Assembly: GCF_011745625.1 (NCBI RefSeq)
Contig: NW_027191454.1
Location: 372,001 to 436,000 of the forward strand
DNA length: 64,000 nucleotides
Source of the DNA: Cladosporium halotolerans
Lineage: Eukaryota
Direction: 5' to 3'
The notes beneath the pieces are model-generated. The model was given only the letters and a program-made list of their open reading frames with translations, searched no databases and had not been told where the DNA came from. How positions within the stretch are numbered: position 1 is the stretch's first letter; the number at the start of each line of letters is the position of its first letter. This document shows positions 1 to 10,093 of this stretch, piece after piece. The translations under genes were made by a program, and so were the position numbers.

Positions 1-4
1 CCCT

Positions 5-2680
5 ATGCTCAGCGAAAAAACAAACGAGGTGGCTGGCTTGCGCTCCATGACACAGCAAGATGATGAATTTCCATTTAATGGAGCATTCCAGACTTCGACT
101 GGAGAAGGCCAGTCTGTGAACACTAGAGGCCAGCCAGGTTCTGTCAACCCATGGACAAGTCAGAAGCCGTCAAAAACAATGTATCCGCTCCTTATGTCGG
201 TCGCACTACCGGGCAAAGAGAAACGTTCGAAGAAACGTAAAAGTGCTCACAAAAGGCTGCGCTATTCACCACGCAGCCGCCCCACAACAAGCACTTCAGA
301 CCATTCCGCGTCCACGGCCCTCCCGATAGCCCCGCCTGTCGAGGCAATGACTTCTAGCTTGGAGCTTCCGAAACCCATCGGCGAAGAGTCGTCTATGCCT
401 TTCCTATCGCCAACAATTCCCTCACGAGGGCCGTCACCATCCACATTCCCAGCTTTAGGCGATGACATACTTCTACCTCCCCCAGAAACTGAGTCGTTTG
501 GGTCATTGCCTTCCACAGCTATGAATGATAGTGATTCAGATGAAGAAACATTCGACGGCGATGCGCTCAAAGGGAGCGGTACGCTAATGATGCCTGGAGG
601 TGCCAACGTCCCACTCCCAAAGTCCTGCGGTGCATTCTTCTCTCCGAGCGGACGGCTGATAACCTATTTCCCTCCAAAGCCTCGGATGAAGTCAGCAAAC
701 ATGAATGGGCTCTCGCCAGATGACCCAGAAGAGCGTTCCACGAAAGCTTCGCGGCTGTTTCCTCTTTTTGGAAACCTTGCTATTGAAGAGCATGATTATG
801 AAGATTCGGAGACTGACAGTGTGAGCTCGCGAGAGGACGCTTCACATAATACTGACTACAAGTCTGGCCTGTTCGACCTTTCGAACCCGAGCGATCGATC
901 TTGGCCTGAAAGACTGGCGCCGATGCGAAACCTGGCGCATTCTGGTCATGACCAACCTACAGTCATTGTCAGTATTCGCAATGTCAATGATCTGATTCAT
1001 TTCAAACCTGAGATGGCCCACGATTATCAGGTCACTTGCGACTCAGAGCAGGCCGCAGTAGATTCGTCAATGGCGAACGCTGAAATTGCGCGAGATATCG
1101 GCTTAGACGATGTCGCCAATATCTGGAGCCTCTTGTCCGTACTTGTCCAGACCAGCGACAACTCCGTGGTCTCATCGCCCAAAGTCCACAGCATTGGAAA
1201 TTTGCCAAGAATTTCGACAACTCCGCCAGAGGCAAACAGTAAGAGGAGAGCTTCAACCCGAGTGGTATCTTCAGTGCATGATGTCAAGCTCATCGACATT
1301 GATATCCCCACCATCGCTCGACAGGCCAATCATTCTCTGCGCAGTCGCTCGCAATCAACGCTCGACTACTCAAGGAAAGAAGCCAGCGCCTTCGTCGGCT
1401 CAATGAGAAACCGATCAAGACTAGGTGCTTCTTGGTTGGTCAGCCAGATTTTTGCATGGACAGAAATGCGTGCAGATATCCAGATGCTGGCAAGTTTATC
1501 CGCCGTGCTGCTCTCTTCAGCACAGCCATTCGGTCGTACGAGTACTGCGTCGTTCAACGCACGCTCGTCTCTGCATGCTTCCGACTACTTCACTGATGGC
1601 TCCACTCATCAGGCACAAGCTTTGAGTCGAACAGCGCCCGTACTGCAAGCCGACTCAAGAACAGGGAGCTTTGTAAATCAATCGCCAGCGAAACCGCCAC
1701 AGGGTTCACACGTATCTTCCCGGAACGCATCGCAACCAGCAACGCCTTACATCGAGTCCCTCTCCAGCACACCGCCTTTTCCGTTTCCCAAACTATCTCG
1801 ACAAGGGTCGCGCTTGTCGGCATCCGGTTCCGCCAGCCCTGAGCATCACCGCAGCAGTTTCGGTGCGGCCGCGAAGTATTACGCCCAAAGCATTACCGAC
1901 AAGATCTCGTCCTACGGCACCTCTCCTCCTGCCAGGAGGTTCGGCACGAGCCCCAACAATGAGCTTTCGTCCAGCCTCCCTGGTGGCAGCTGGAGTAAAT
2001 CTGTATCGTTCGCCTCGGGTGTTGAACACGTCGGTGACAGCCGCTCGAGTGCCAGACTTGGCCCAGACGATGGATACGACAGCGATCGGACAATCGAAGA
2101 CACCAGTCTCCCTCAAACGCCAAAGCGGTACGCTGGGCCAATCACATTCACACTCAAGAACACCGACACTTTCGGACCGTCGCACGACACTCAAACGCGG
2201 CCGCAGCCACAGTCGCTTCTTTCTCCTGCGCTTACTGGAAAAGCAAAGATCTGGATAGGCCACTATGCAGAGCAGCTGCGCAGGTGGGACATGGAGATCA
2301 AAGCTGCCGAGCTTGACAACATCGCCGGTGCCCGGGAGGATTCAGTGACTCCTCGGGATCAATCTGTCTACCCTGTGCCAGCCAGTAAGGGCAAGGCCAG
2401 TTGCGGCATCTGCCACTGCAAGATCCGAGGCGTCCAGCACGTTTGTTCCCGCTGTCTCCACACAACGCATCTTTCGTGTCTGAAGGGTCTTCTGGACAGC
2501 TATAGATCCGAGGAGATGGAGTGCCCCACAGGTTGTGGGTGCGTGTGCTCGACGGTTCCTCTTGAAGAGCCGGTTTGGGAGGCCGATGAGAACCAGTCTG
2601 CTGCTCCGGTCATTAGGAAGAAACCGAGTCTCACGGATCCGCGGACATGGCGTGCCAGGATCCAGGGCGACTCTTGGTGA
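5..2680 (+). CDS. MTC5: C-terminal part of SEA/GATOR2 subunit WDR59/Mtc5/Sea3; 5' part probably outside the window
   Basis: 891-aa ORF starting at the window edge. Contains NVPLPKSCGAFFSPSGRL and DIQMLA motifs and a C-terminal RING-like Zn ribbon (CGIC..CSRCLHTTHLSC..CPTGCGCVC). Confidence 0.8.
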   Translation: MLSEKTNEVAGLRSMTQQDDEFPFNGAFQTSTGEGQSVNTRGQPGSVNPWTSQKPSKTMYPLLMSVALPGKEKRSKKRKSAHKRLRYSPRSRPTTSTSDHSASTALPIAPPVEAMTSSLELPKPIGEESSMPFLSPTIPSRGPSPSTFPALGDDILLPPPETESFGSLPSTAMNDSDSDEETFDGDALKGSGTLMMPGGANVPLPKSCGAFFSPSGRLITYFPPKPRMKSANMNGLSPDDPEERSTKASRLFPLFGNLAIEEHDYEDSETDSVSSREDASHNTDYKSGLFDLSNPSDRSWPERLAPMRNLAHSGHDQPTVIVSIRNVNDLIHFKPEMAHDYQVTCDSEQAAVDSSMANAEIARDIGLDDVANIWSLLSVLVQTSDNSVVSSPKVHSIGNLPRISTTPPEANSKRRASTRVVSSVHDVKLIDIDIPTIARQANHSLRSRSQSTLDYSRKEASAFVGSMRNRSRLGASWLVSQIFAWTEMRADIQMLASLSAVLLSSAQPFGRTSTASFNARSSLHASDYFTDGSTHQAQALSRTAPVLQADSRTGSFVNQSPAKPPQGSHVSSRNASQPATPYIESLSSTPPFPFPKLSRQGSRLSASGSASPEHHRSSFGAAAKYYAQSITDKISSYGTSPPARRFGTSPNNELSSSLPGGSWSKSVSFASGVEHVGDSRSSARLGPDDGYDSDRTIEDTSLPQTPKRYAGPITFTLKNTDTFGPSHDTQTRPQPQSLLSPALTGKAKIWIGHYAEQLRRWDMEIKAAELDNIAGAREDSVTPRDQSVYPVPASKGKASCGICHCKIRGVQHVCSRCLHTTHLSCLKGLLDSYRSEEMECPTGCGCVCSTVPLEEPVWEADENQSAAPVIRKKPSLTDPRTWRARIQGDSW

Positions 2681-2875
2681 TGATACTGTTCTCAGAAGCT
2701 TTCAGCTGTACAAATAATTGTATCATTATATCCCTTCTCCATTTCGCTCATTATTCCGGTGTTTGAGTCTGTGAGAGCTTCTGATTTCAACTAACAGGCA
2801 TCCAGAGCTGCGGCCGATATTGATCAAGCGCTGATAAGTGACACAGATTAAGCTTACTCATCAATTCTGAAATCA

Positions 2876-2976
2876 GCAAGCCTGGTCTAGCGGTTATGAT
2901 TTCTGTCTAACAACAGTTGCAACATGCATGCTGATGGCAGCACAGAAGGTTCCCGGTTCGATTCCGGGGGTTTGTA
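2876..2976 (+). tRNA. tRNA-Val(AAC) with canonical 28-nt intron (2913-2940)
   Basis: Acceptor GCAAGCC/GGTTTGT; anticodon stem TCTGT/ACAGA with loop CT-AAC-A[intron]C; T-arm CCCGG-TTCGATT-CCGGG; discriminator A; downstream T-tracts at about 2993-3004. Confidence 0.93.
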
Positions 2977-3922
2977 ACAGATGCTCCTTCAATTTTTGTT
3001 TTTTGTTGGTGTATTCAGAACACACGAATAGTTGATCCGTCGATTTTTGCGCGTGTGAGTTCAGCAGGAAGCCAGCATCGACTTCAACCTGAGGAAGAAG
3101 TGGGCGTGATGGACTGTCACAGTAGATGAGCTGCACGGTGTCGAACGGGGAGCATTGCTCGTACGCTATATTTTACACATTCTTCTCTTTTGTGAGTATA
3201 GGTCGTAGCATGTTTCGTCGTTCAAGCTTTCAAAATATATAGAGTCCTCGATTTGTCCGTCTGCGAAATGCGGAAGCCCGCCGGTTTACCCCAACCCTAA
3301 CCCTGTTAACACACACCTGATTTTGATACTTGCCAACTTCGCGACCAGTGACCACTCTTGATCTCGAAATAACAACTTGTTAGGAGATAAGTATCTTAGT
3401 TGTTTAATCGCAATGTCTCCGGCTCTTGTGGTGCGTTTGACCTTGTCAAATGATGTCGGCATCGATTTCGAGACAGTCAACATGCACACTGTTTGTCAGT
3501 ACCTCAAACTTTCAGGTTGAAGCTGGGATTCTATTCCAGACCACAACGCCCTTTCAGCAAAACTTCGGACACAGACACACAGATTCATAGCGAGGCTATC
3601 TGCCTGTACAAGTACACCAAAAGATTATCTCTCTTTGCCTCGTCTCGACCGCGCTGTCACTAACAGCAAAGCCTACAGCTCACGCGGGATTGGGGATACA
3701 ACACAAGAACGAGGATGGTGTGATAACATGATTGATTTGAGTCACAGCAGTTGAGTGCAAACGCAGCTCGCTGTAGACTATGGTTGCGCTCTCCCAACCC
3801 CCGAGACTCTGGGTATTGTAGAGGTGCCCTCCAATCTCGCCGCCCCTGGCTAACATCCAAGATCGCCCTGCCAATGGCCGTCATCGTCCGCAAATCTACC
3901 TTCTTTTCATCTCTACAGTCGA

Positions 3923-5029
3923 TCAGGTCTTTTTCCGCTTGCTTCTTCTTGCACCCGTGGCTTCCTCCGGCGCAGCCTCCGCACCCTGCTCATCGTAATT
4001 ACGCTTCCCTTTCGTAAACTGGTCCTTTTCACCGTCCACCCGCACACCCTCCCCACTCTCGCCCCGAGACTTCTTCTTTGCCGGCTTCTGCGCCAGAGCC
4101 CTCTCCCGCGCAGCCATCGCCTCCCTTTCCGCGCCCGGCTCCGCCTCGAGGATGTGTGAACCCTGGCTGTCGCGCTTGCGCTTCTTCGCGACTTTTTTGA
4201 CTTTCTTCTGCTCCTCCTTCGCGCGGATCCGAGCGTCGACCTCGGCGCTGACGTCTTCGTATTGTGCTTGAGGGACGTTGTCGATCTGCGCTGGCTCAGC
4301 GGCGGGATTTTGCTGCTCGCGATTCAGCTGATTGCGTCGCTTTCTCTCCTTGCGTATCTGCTTGGGTTTCAGGCGCTGTACGGTGTTGATTGTGGGTTGG
4401 TCGTTCGGCTTCTCGGGTGCAGCGTCCGCTTCTTCGCTCGTGGTCGTGCGCTGCTTCTTGGCTGGTCTATCGGTGTTCTGCGAGGGACTGGGATCGGAGG
4501 CGGCGTTGCGCTTGTTCGGTGAAGCGTTGTCATGTGCGTGTTTGACTTTCTTGTTGGGTGTTGCCTCGGAGGACGAGCTGGACTCATCCTCATCGTCCTC
4601 GCCCCTCTTGCGCTTGCACTCTGCATCTTGCTCAAAAGCCACCGTCCTAGCCGCTTCGGCTGTGTAGAGGAGCTTCTGAAAGCCGGTATAGCTCTCGTCG
4701 GCCTGCTTTCCGGCAGCAGGGTCCGGACCCGTCAATTCGCACAGCTGCTCGAAGATGCGCACGTAGGATTCGGTGGTGCTCTTCCAAGCTGCAACGAGGG
4801 AGTCCTTGTAGTCGGAGCGTATCGTGCCGTTGTTCTCGACGTGCTCTGAGGGCACTTTCACGTGGATGTGCTGGACGGTTTCTTTCGCATCGGTCAGGTA
4901 TAATTTTTGCTGATCCAATCGCGAGATGGCGCCGCGGAGGACGTCGAAGAGAGGCTGCGATGCTGCGTAGGCGGCAGTCTCTTGCGTGTCGGGGCGACTG
5001 GTGCTCGAGCGCGCCGCGTCCGGCAACAT
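3923..5029 (-). CDS. hypothetical charged, Lys/Glu-rich, probably nuclear protein (368 aa)
   Basis: Long single-exon ORF with several basic NLS-like clusters (KKRKR, RRSKRKK). No recognised domain. Confidence 0.75.
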   Translation of the reverse strand: MLPDAARSSTSRPDTQETAAYAASQPLFDVLRGAISRLDQQKLYLTDAKETVQHIHVKVPSEHVENNGTIRSDYKDSLVAAWKSTTESYVRIFEQLCELTGPDPAAGKQADESYTGFQKLLYTAEAARTVAFEQDAECKRKRGEDDEDESSSSSEATPNKKVKHAHDNASPNKRNAASDPSPSQNTDRPAKKQRTTTSEEADAAPEKPNDQPTINTVQRLKPKQIRKERKRRNQLNREQQNPAAEPAQIDNVPQAQYEDVSAEVDARIRAKEEQKKVKKVAKKRKRDSQGSHILEAEPGAEREAMAARERALAQKPAKKKSRGESGEGVRVDGEKDQFTKGKRNYDEQGAEAAPEEATGARRSKRKKT

Positions 5030-5536
5030 GATTGCGGTGTTGTTTTTCGTGTTTGAAGGTCAGTCGTGAAGCAGTGGCCGCAGACCAATGGGAGTGGTGT
5101 CGCAGGCGAACTTGCGACTGGCTTTGGTTCTAGCCCGGGCCGCGTGCGCCGCCCGCCCGGTGCCATGCCCCGCCTCGCCCGCCTTCACGTCCACTGCCCT
5201 AACCGCAACTGTCACGGCCGCTGCATGATGGTGTAATTAGCGACCAGGTGGGATGGAGGGAGGTGGGACATCCTGCAAGGTGGGATTAGTAGGGAACAAC
5301 AACACGTGCCAAAGACACACTAACTTCGTGGTCCCCAACCTGCCCTGAACCAAACTTAAACCACGCCCCTCCATTCGCAGCGTTGACGTTTGAGGCCACG
5401 AATCTGGCCCCACCGAAACAGCGGGCGGTGCTCTAGGGCGCCTTGTATCACCGTGAAACACCAAGCTCTTCCATACAGCAGTACATGAGCCACCCCTCCG
5501 CCCTTCTTCCTGGATAGTTCAGCAGAAATCGTCAAC

Positions 5537-7576
5537 ATGGCGACTACGGAGAAAGAGAGCCCGCTCGTCACGGCTCTGCCGCCTGAGACAGACTATATCA
5601 GCTACCTCACCATCGTCGAGCACTATCTCAGCGAGGAAAGCCTACCCGTTCTGCATAGGGTCCTCCAGGATGAGAAGCTCACGACAAATATCGGCTGGGA
5701 CTTGGTTCACCTCCTCGTCCCCATGCTGCCCCACTCGTCGCAATGCTTGCAGGACATTGCACGCCTTGGAAATCCCCGCGAGGTTATCCTCAAGGTCACG
5801 GAGTCGCTGCGTCTGATCGATTACGAGGCTCTCGATGAGCCTGAAGAGGACGAAGAGGATGCCGAAGCCGGTGCTAGCAATCACCCGCACAAGACTGCCC
5901 CTACCGCAGAAGGCAAAGACAACGTCGGCAGCTCCCAAGCCGCAGAGCTACCACCGCCTTTGCCACTACCAGTGAATCAATTCACAGCGCTTCTGTCTAT
6001 GCTTGCAACTCTGCACAACAGGATCAAGACAAAGTATCCCTCGCGCTTCCTGAGCACGACCTTGCAGGCTATTCTGGCGAGTTTCTCCATGGCTGTAAGC
6101 CACAGGGAGGAGATGGTGCTCTCCATTGTCCAGACTGTCAAGTCGATCACCGGAATTAGAAGACCTGCCCTACCCTCTCGAAAGAGTAGTGGTATGTTGC
6201 AGAGCATGGGCACGCCAGACAACCCTGCTCTCGTAGCACCAAAGGAGGGCGCAGACCCAGAAGGCGCGATAGCGCAAGACACCAGCCCTGAAGAGACCGG
6301 CATGCAGAACAAGCTTCTGCAATCATTTTTGACTCACGTATTTGAAGAGTATCTTCTGAATTTGTCGCCTGCCGATGATATTCCGGGACTCGCATGGTGC
6401 TCGCGACTGTCCGAGAAACTCAGCCCTGAACGAACTATTCCTGGAAAGGCCAGCGTTACAGAACGATTTACAACGGAGCAAAGGCTGGCTCGTCGTATCG
6501 ATGCTGTAGGTCAGCTCGTCTCTCTCGCCCAGGATCTTTTCATCAAGGATGCGCACCTTCTGGCGGCGGCAGTGATTGTCGATTCCGTTCCTTCGACAGC
6601 GGGCAACGAAGACGACCCACCCTCCTCTGCAGCAGACATACCACTGTCACGCGTGGGATCTCTGCTGCTTTACACCGCTCGGCAATCGTCGATATTCCTA
6701 CATGACACGCCTCCTAAGGAGACACCACAACCCTTTGCCATTTTCCCCGATCATCATGAGCTTCTCAAGCACTGCCTCTCATCTCCAGCATCAGGGACTG
6801 GTACTCTCGGGACCGAGCCTTACGCATTGATAGACGGCGCCATTGCACTCGGGTTGATGTGCCTTGAGCAAGACAATATTGGCGAGCCGCAATCCGACGA
6901 GGATTTTAACACTTACCTCCAGCTGGTCTCTCTCCTCTCGTCGAATTGCCCTAGCCCGAATCTACGCGGACACGCACACTACCTCACCTCGACCGTGCTC
7001 CGCTCTCACCCAGACGACAATGTCCGCCTCTCCTTCATCCGCGACACGCTCGAGCACTGCCCTTTCGAGAACCTCAAGGTTTCCGCAGTCGGCTGGATTA
7101 AAGGCGAGACGATCGAAGCAAACCCTCCCACACCACTCCCAGGACAAACCGACGCCGGCGCCGAGACACCGCCGGACTCCATCTTCGCCACGCCGGGCGC
7201 TCTCGACAGCCTTGCACCCTTCATGTTCCCCTCCATCAGCGCAGACCTGCTTACCCCGCCGATCGAAGACGGCTACGCCGCTTTTGTCGCCAACCTCTCC
7301 TTCTACCTCTCCTCCCTCAACTTCATCTACCTCCTGCTCTGCGCCAAGCATTTGCACGGCAGGCTGGAGATTCAAGACCTGTGGAAAGACAACGATATTG
7401 CGGGGAGTTTCTTGCAGCCACTGCGTGATGCGAGCGCTCGGTTCCGCGATGCGATGGCGCCCGGGAAGGAGCTGGAGGAGGATAAGACGGAGTCCGCGTT
7501 GGCGGAGATCAATGTGCTGGATGAGGCTATCGAGCGTGTGACGAAAGCCGTGGCGTTTCTGAATGATGAGTCGTGA
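5537..7576 (+). CDS. YAP-binding/ALF4/glomulin family (Ybp1-like, DUF1760) protein
   Basis: 679-aa ORF with LTTNIGWDLVHLL, LGNPREVILKV and IRDTLEHCPFENLK motifs. Confidence 0.85.
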   Translation: MATTEKESPLVTALPPETDYISYLTIVEHYLSEESLPVLHRVLQDEKLTTNIGWDLVHLLVPMLPHSSQCLQDIARLGNPREVILKVTESLRLIDYEALDEPEEDEEDAEAGASNHPHKTAPTAEGKDNVGSSQAAELPPPLPLPVNQFTALLSMLATLHNRIKTKYPSRFLSTTLQAILASFSMAVSHREEMVLSIVQTVKSITGIRRPALPSRKSSGMLQSMGTPDNPALVAPKEGADPEGAIAQDTSPEETGMQNKLLQSFLTHVFEEYLLNLSPADDIPGLAWCSRLSEKLSPERTIPGKASVTERFTTEQRLARRIDAVGQLVSLAQDLFIKDAHLLAAAVIVDSVPSTAGNEDDPPSSAADIPLSRVGSLLLYTARQSSIFLHDTPPKETPQPFAIFPDHHELLKHCLSSPASGTGTLGTEPYALIDGAIALGLMCLEQDNIGEPQSDEDFNTYLQLVSLLSSNCPSPNLRGHAHYLTSTVLRSHPDDNVRLSFIRDTLEHCPFENLKVSAVGWIKGETIEANPPTPLPGQTDAGAETPPDSIFATPGALDSLAPFMFPSISADLLTPPIEDGYAAFVANLSFYLSSLNFIYLLLCAKHLHGRLEIQDLWKDNDIAGSFLQPLRDASARFRDAMAPGKELEEDKTESALAEINVLDEAIERVTKAVAFLNDES

Positions 7577-8053
7577 TCTAGTGGCACTTTCCTCTTAGGC
7601 GCGGTCTCCTTGATCGCTACCTAGGTGTGAGCGCCGGCGCTCATGCTTTACACCCAGTCCTATAAAACCCAATGAATTCAAAGACGCTTGCATGTGCAAT
7701 TTGCCACCTTTCACCCGTGATGCTTGCGACTTTGGGTGGCGGCTGGCCTGTCTCCGCTTGCTGAAAAGAAACTGGCCTACCAACTTGGGATAAAATGCGT
7801 CGAATTGCTCCTGACAGAGCTTGTTGGAACATGAGTCGCACAAATGATACATGTTCAGCTCTCATCTACACATTAGGGTAAGATACGATCCTCTTCCAGA
7901 ACCATCCGAGAAATGCTTTTGCCCGGCCCTAAGCCCCCAATCCTACTACTTATCACCACAACCTCTCCCCGACCATGAAACCCGATACGTGATCCTCACC
8001 CCTCACCCCTCGCCCTCACACCATTCGCCCTGACCACCATCACGTCCTCCCCA

Positions 8054-10093
8054 TCACGCCAAATCATACAACTCCCAATCCCTCCACCTCTCCCTCCCCA
8101 ACGTAAATCTCTCCCCCGTCAGCGCATTCACTCTCCTCCGCCGCCCACTCCTCCTCGAAAAATAATCATAGTACGGCGGTCCCGTCGCGCCCAACTCCTC
8201 CAGCGGCCCCGCGAAACTCGCCAGGCTCAGCGGCGTCGCGTGCCCGGAGCCATCCTGGAGCAGCGGCAGGGGGTCGAAGCTGCGTCTACGCAGCAGCCGG
8301 GGCGCGTACGGAGCCGAGGGCAGAGGTGCGGGCACGCCGAGCGTGGGATTGTCGGATAGGAGGGCCGGGTAGGAGAGCTGGGCGACGACGAGCTTGCTGT
8401 CGTCTTTGAGGGCGGAGTTGGCGTGGTAGAGGGCTGTGAAGCGCGGGCCGTGGATCGTGAGGAGTTTCTCGTAGTTGCTTGCGCCGCGGGGGGCGGGGTG
8501 GTAGTGGTGGTTGTAGGCGAGGGCGCCGGGGGGTTCGTCGGTGCGGGCGAGGAACTGGCGCGCCCACTTGTGCAGCTCGGAGTGGATGGGCTTGTCTTTG
8601 TCGTCTTCGTTGTAGATTTCTTTCAGGGCTGGGATGGGGTCTTCAGAGGTGCTGGGGAGGGAGTAGAGGCGTTGTAGAGCGTAGTGGACGAGTTCGGTGA
8701 ATTTAATGCTTTCGGCGATTTTGAAGATGCGGATGTGATCTAGCAGGCTGAGGAGGCCGGGGGCGCAGGTCGTGCCGTGTTTGTGGACGATGATGGGCGG
8801 GCCTCTGGCCTCCGCTGGGTAGTGGGGAGTAGCGATGTCAAGGGAAATAACCTCCTCGCGCGCGTAGAAGCGGTGATTGATGAAGTCCCAGACACACTTG
8901 AGGAGACGCAATTCGCATTGCGGTATTACGAGCTCGAACTTGCCTTCTTTTTTGCCGACTTTCTTAAGACTCTCGAATTCCAACACTTTCGCTCGAGACA
9001 CCATGACCCTCTTGTCATCCCAGACTAGCTCCACGTACGTAGACGAATGTGGGCCGCGAAGTCGCTCCACTGTCACAATCGCCCCTTTGCGGTCGAGGTC
9101 ATGGACGACGGCGCCCTTCTTGTCCATTTCGAGCTCGATGGCGGGTGCGTAATGCGTTATCTGCCAGTTACGGATGTCAGCGCCGCGGAAGCGCCTATTG
9201 TCGTGCATGCAATGTGACTGTCCGTCTGCTGGCGGAGGACCGAGAGCGCCTCCGTGCGAGTCCATGGCGATATATGGCCGACGACCGCAGTGACGATCAT
9301 CGTTGTAGTCACCCATCTCAAATCCGTGAGACGCGTACCCATGCGCACCTTTCGAGCAACCACGCCGTCGGTGCGCATAAAAGATAAGACGGAGCGGTCC
9401 ATCCTCGCATTCCTCCGAAATCTCCTTGATCGTAGACAACAAAACGCCAAAATGCAATCCATCTAGCAGTCGGCCGTCTTGCTCGGAATCTTTCGACTGC
9501 GCGCCGCAGCACACTAGGAAATATGCGTGTATCATCTGGTGAATGAGGGCTTCGAGCAAGTCGTCCAATTCGGCGTCTTGCTCCTCATATGGTCTGCTGT
9601 TGAGCTCGATGCAGATCCTCGTGTCTCTGATGCCTGGGACGCTCGTGACGCCTGGCGAGCTGTCTGACAACGCCCGCCACTTGAGGTACACCATGCCCTT
9701 GAGCTTGCCTTGGAAGAGGGCCCGGTCAAGGGCGTCGAAGAGCAGGAACGGGCCCTTCTTGTTCAGGGGAGCCTGTCGGGCAAGGTCGATCGTATCGACG
9801 ATGCATGGTCGATTGCCGTTGAGGTGCTTGTAGCAAAATGCAGTCGCGTAATCTATTGTCCAGCCTAGGTCGCCACTCCTGTCGGCCAGGCTCGGCGATG
9901 TTAGCTCTTCGAGCGTTGTGTGAACTTTCGACACGCCATCATCGTTCCTGCGGCGGCGGTGTTTGAAGTCATAAGGATAATATCGATCGTCTCTACAAGA
10001 GCGGTTGCGGCGGTAGACGACGGGAGATAGCAGATGCGGGTCAGCGTCGAGATGATGGAGGGGTATTAGGTCATCATAGTATCGCAGAGGCAT
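8054..10093 (-). CDS. SprT-like metalloprotease-fold protein with degenerate HQxxH motif and a C-terminal BTB-like region
   Basis: Part of the 793-aa ORF; likely start MPLRYYDD at 10093. Shows the SprT-type FDALDRALFQGKL..ICIELN..LIHQMIHAYFL pattern, followed by a BTB-like segment. Confidence 0.65.
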   Translation of the reverse strand: MPLRYYDDLIPLHHLDADPHLLSPVVYRRNRSCRDDRYYPYDFKHRRRRNDDGVSKVHTTLEELTSPSLADRSGDLGWTIDYATAFCYKHLNGNRPCIVDTIDLARQAPLNKKGPFLLFDALDRALFQGKLKGMVYLKWRALSDSSPGVTSVPGIRDTRICIELNSRPYEEQDAELDDLLEALIHQMIHAYFLVCCGAQSKDSEQDGRLLDGLHFGVLLSTIKEISEECEDGPLRLIFYAHRRRGCSKGAHGYASHGFEMGDYNDDRHCGRRPYIAMDSHGGALGPPPADGQSHCMHDNRRFRGADIRNWQITHYAPAIELEMDKKGAVVHDLDRKGAIVTVERLRGPHSSTYVELVWDDKRVMVSRAKVLEFESLKKVGKKEGKFELVIPQCELRLLKCVWDFINHRFYAREEVISLDIATPHYPAEARGPPIIVHKHGTTCAPGLLSLLDHIRIFKIAESIKFTELVHYALQRLYSLPSTSEDPIPALKEIYNEDDKDKPIHSELHKWARQFLARTDEPPGALAYNHHYHPAPRGASNYEKLLTIHGPRFTALYHANSALKDDSKLVVAQLSYPALLSDNPTLGVPAPLPSAPYAPRLLRRRSFDPLPLLQDGSGHATPLSLASFAGPLEELGATGPPYYDYFSRRSGRRRRVNALTGERFTLGRERWRDWELYDLA

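Noticed and set aside
2913..2940. tRNA-Val intron contains GT..GCTGAT..CAG, superficially spliceosomal
   Set aside because: It lies at the canonical 37/38 site. A GT-AG cut would remove only 25 nt and leave an oversized anticodon loop, so it is an ordinary SEN-type intron.
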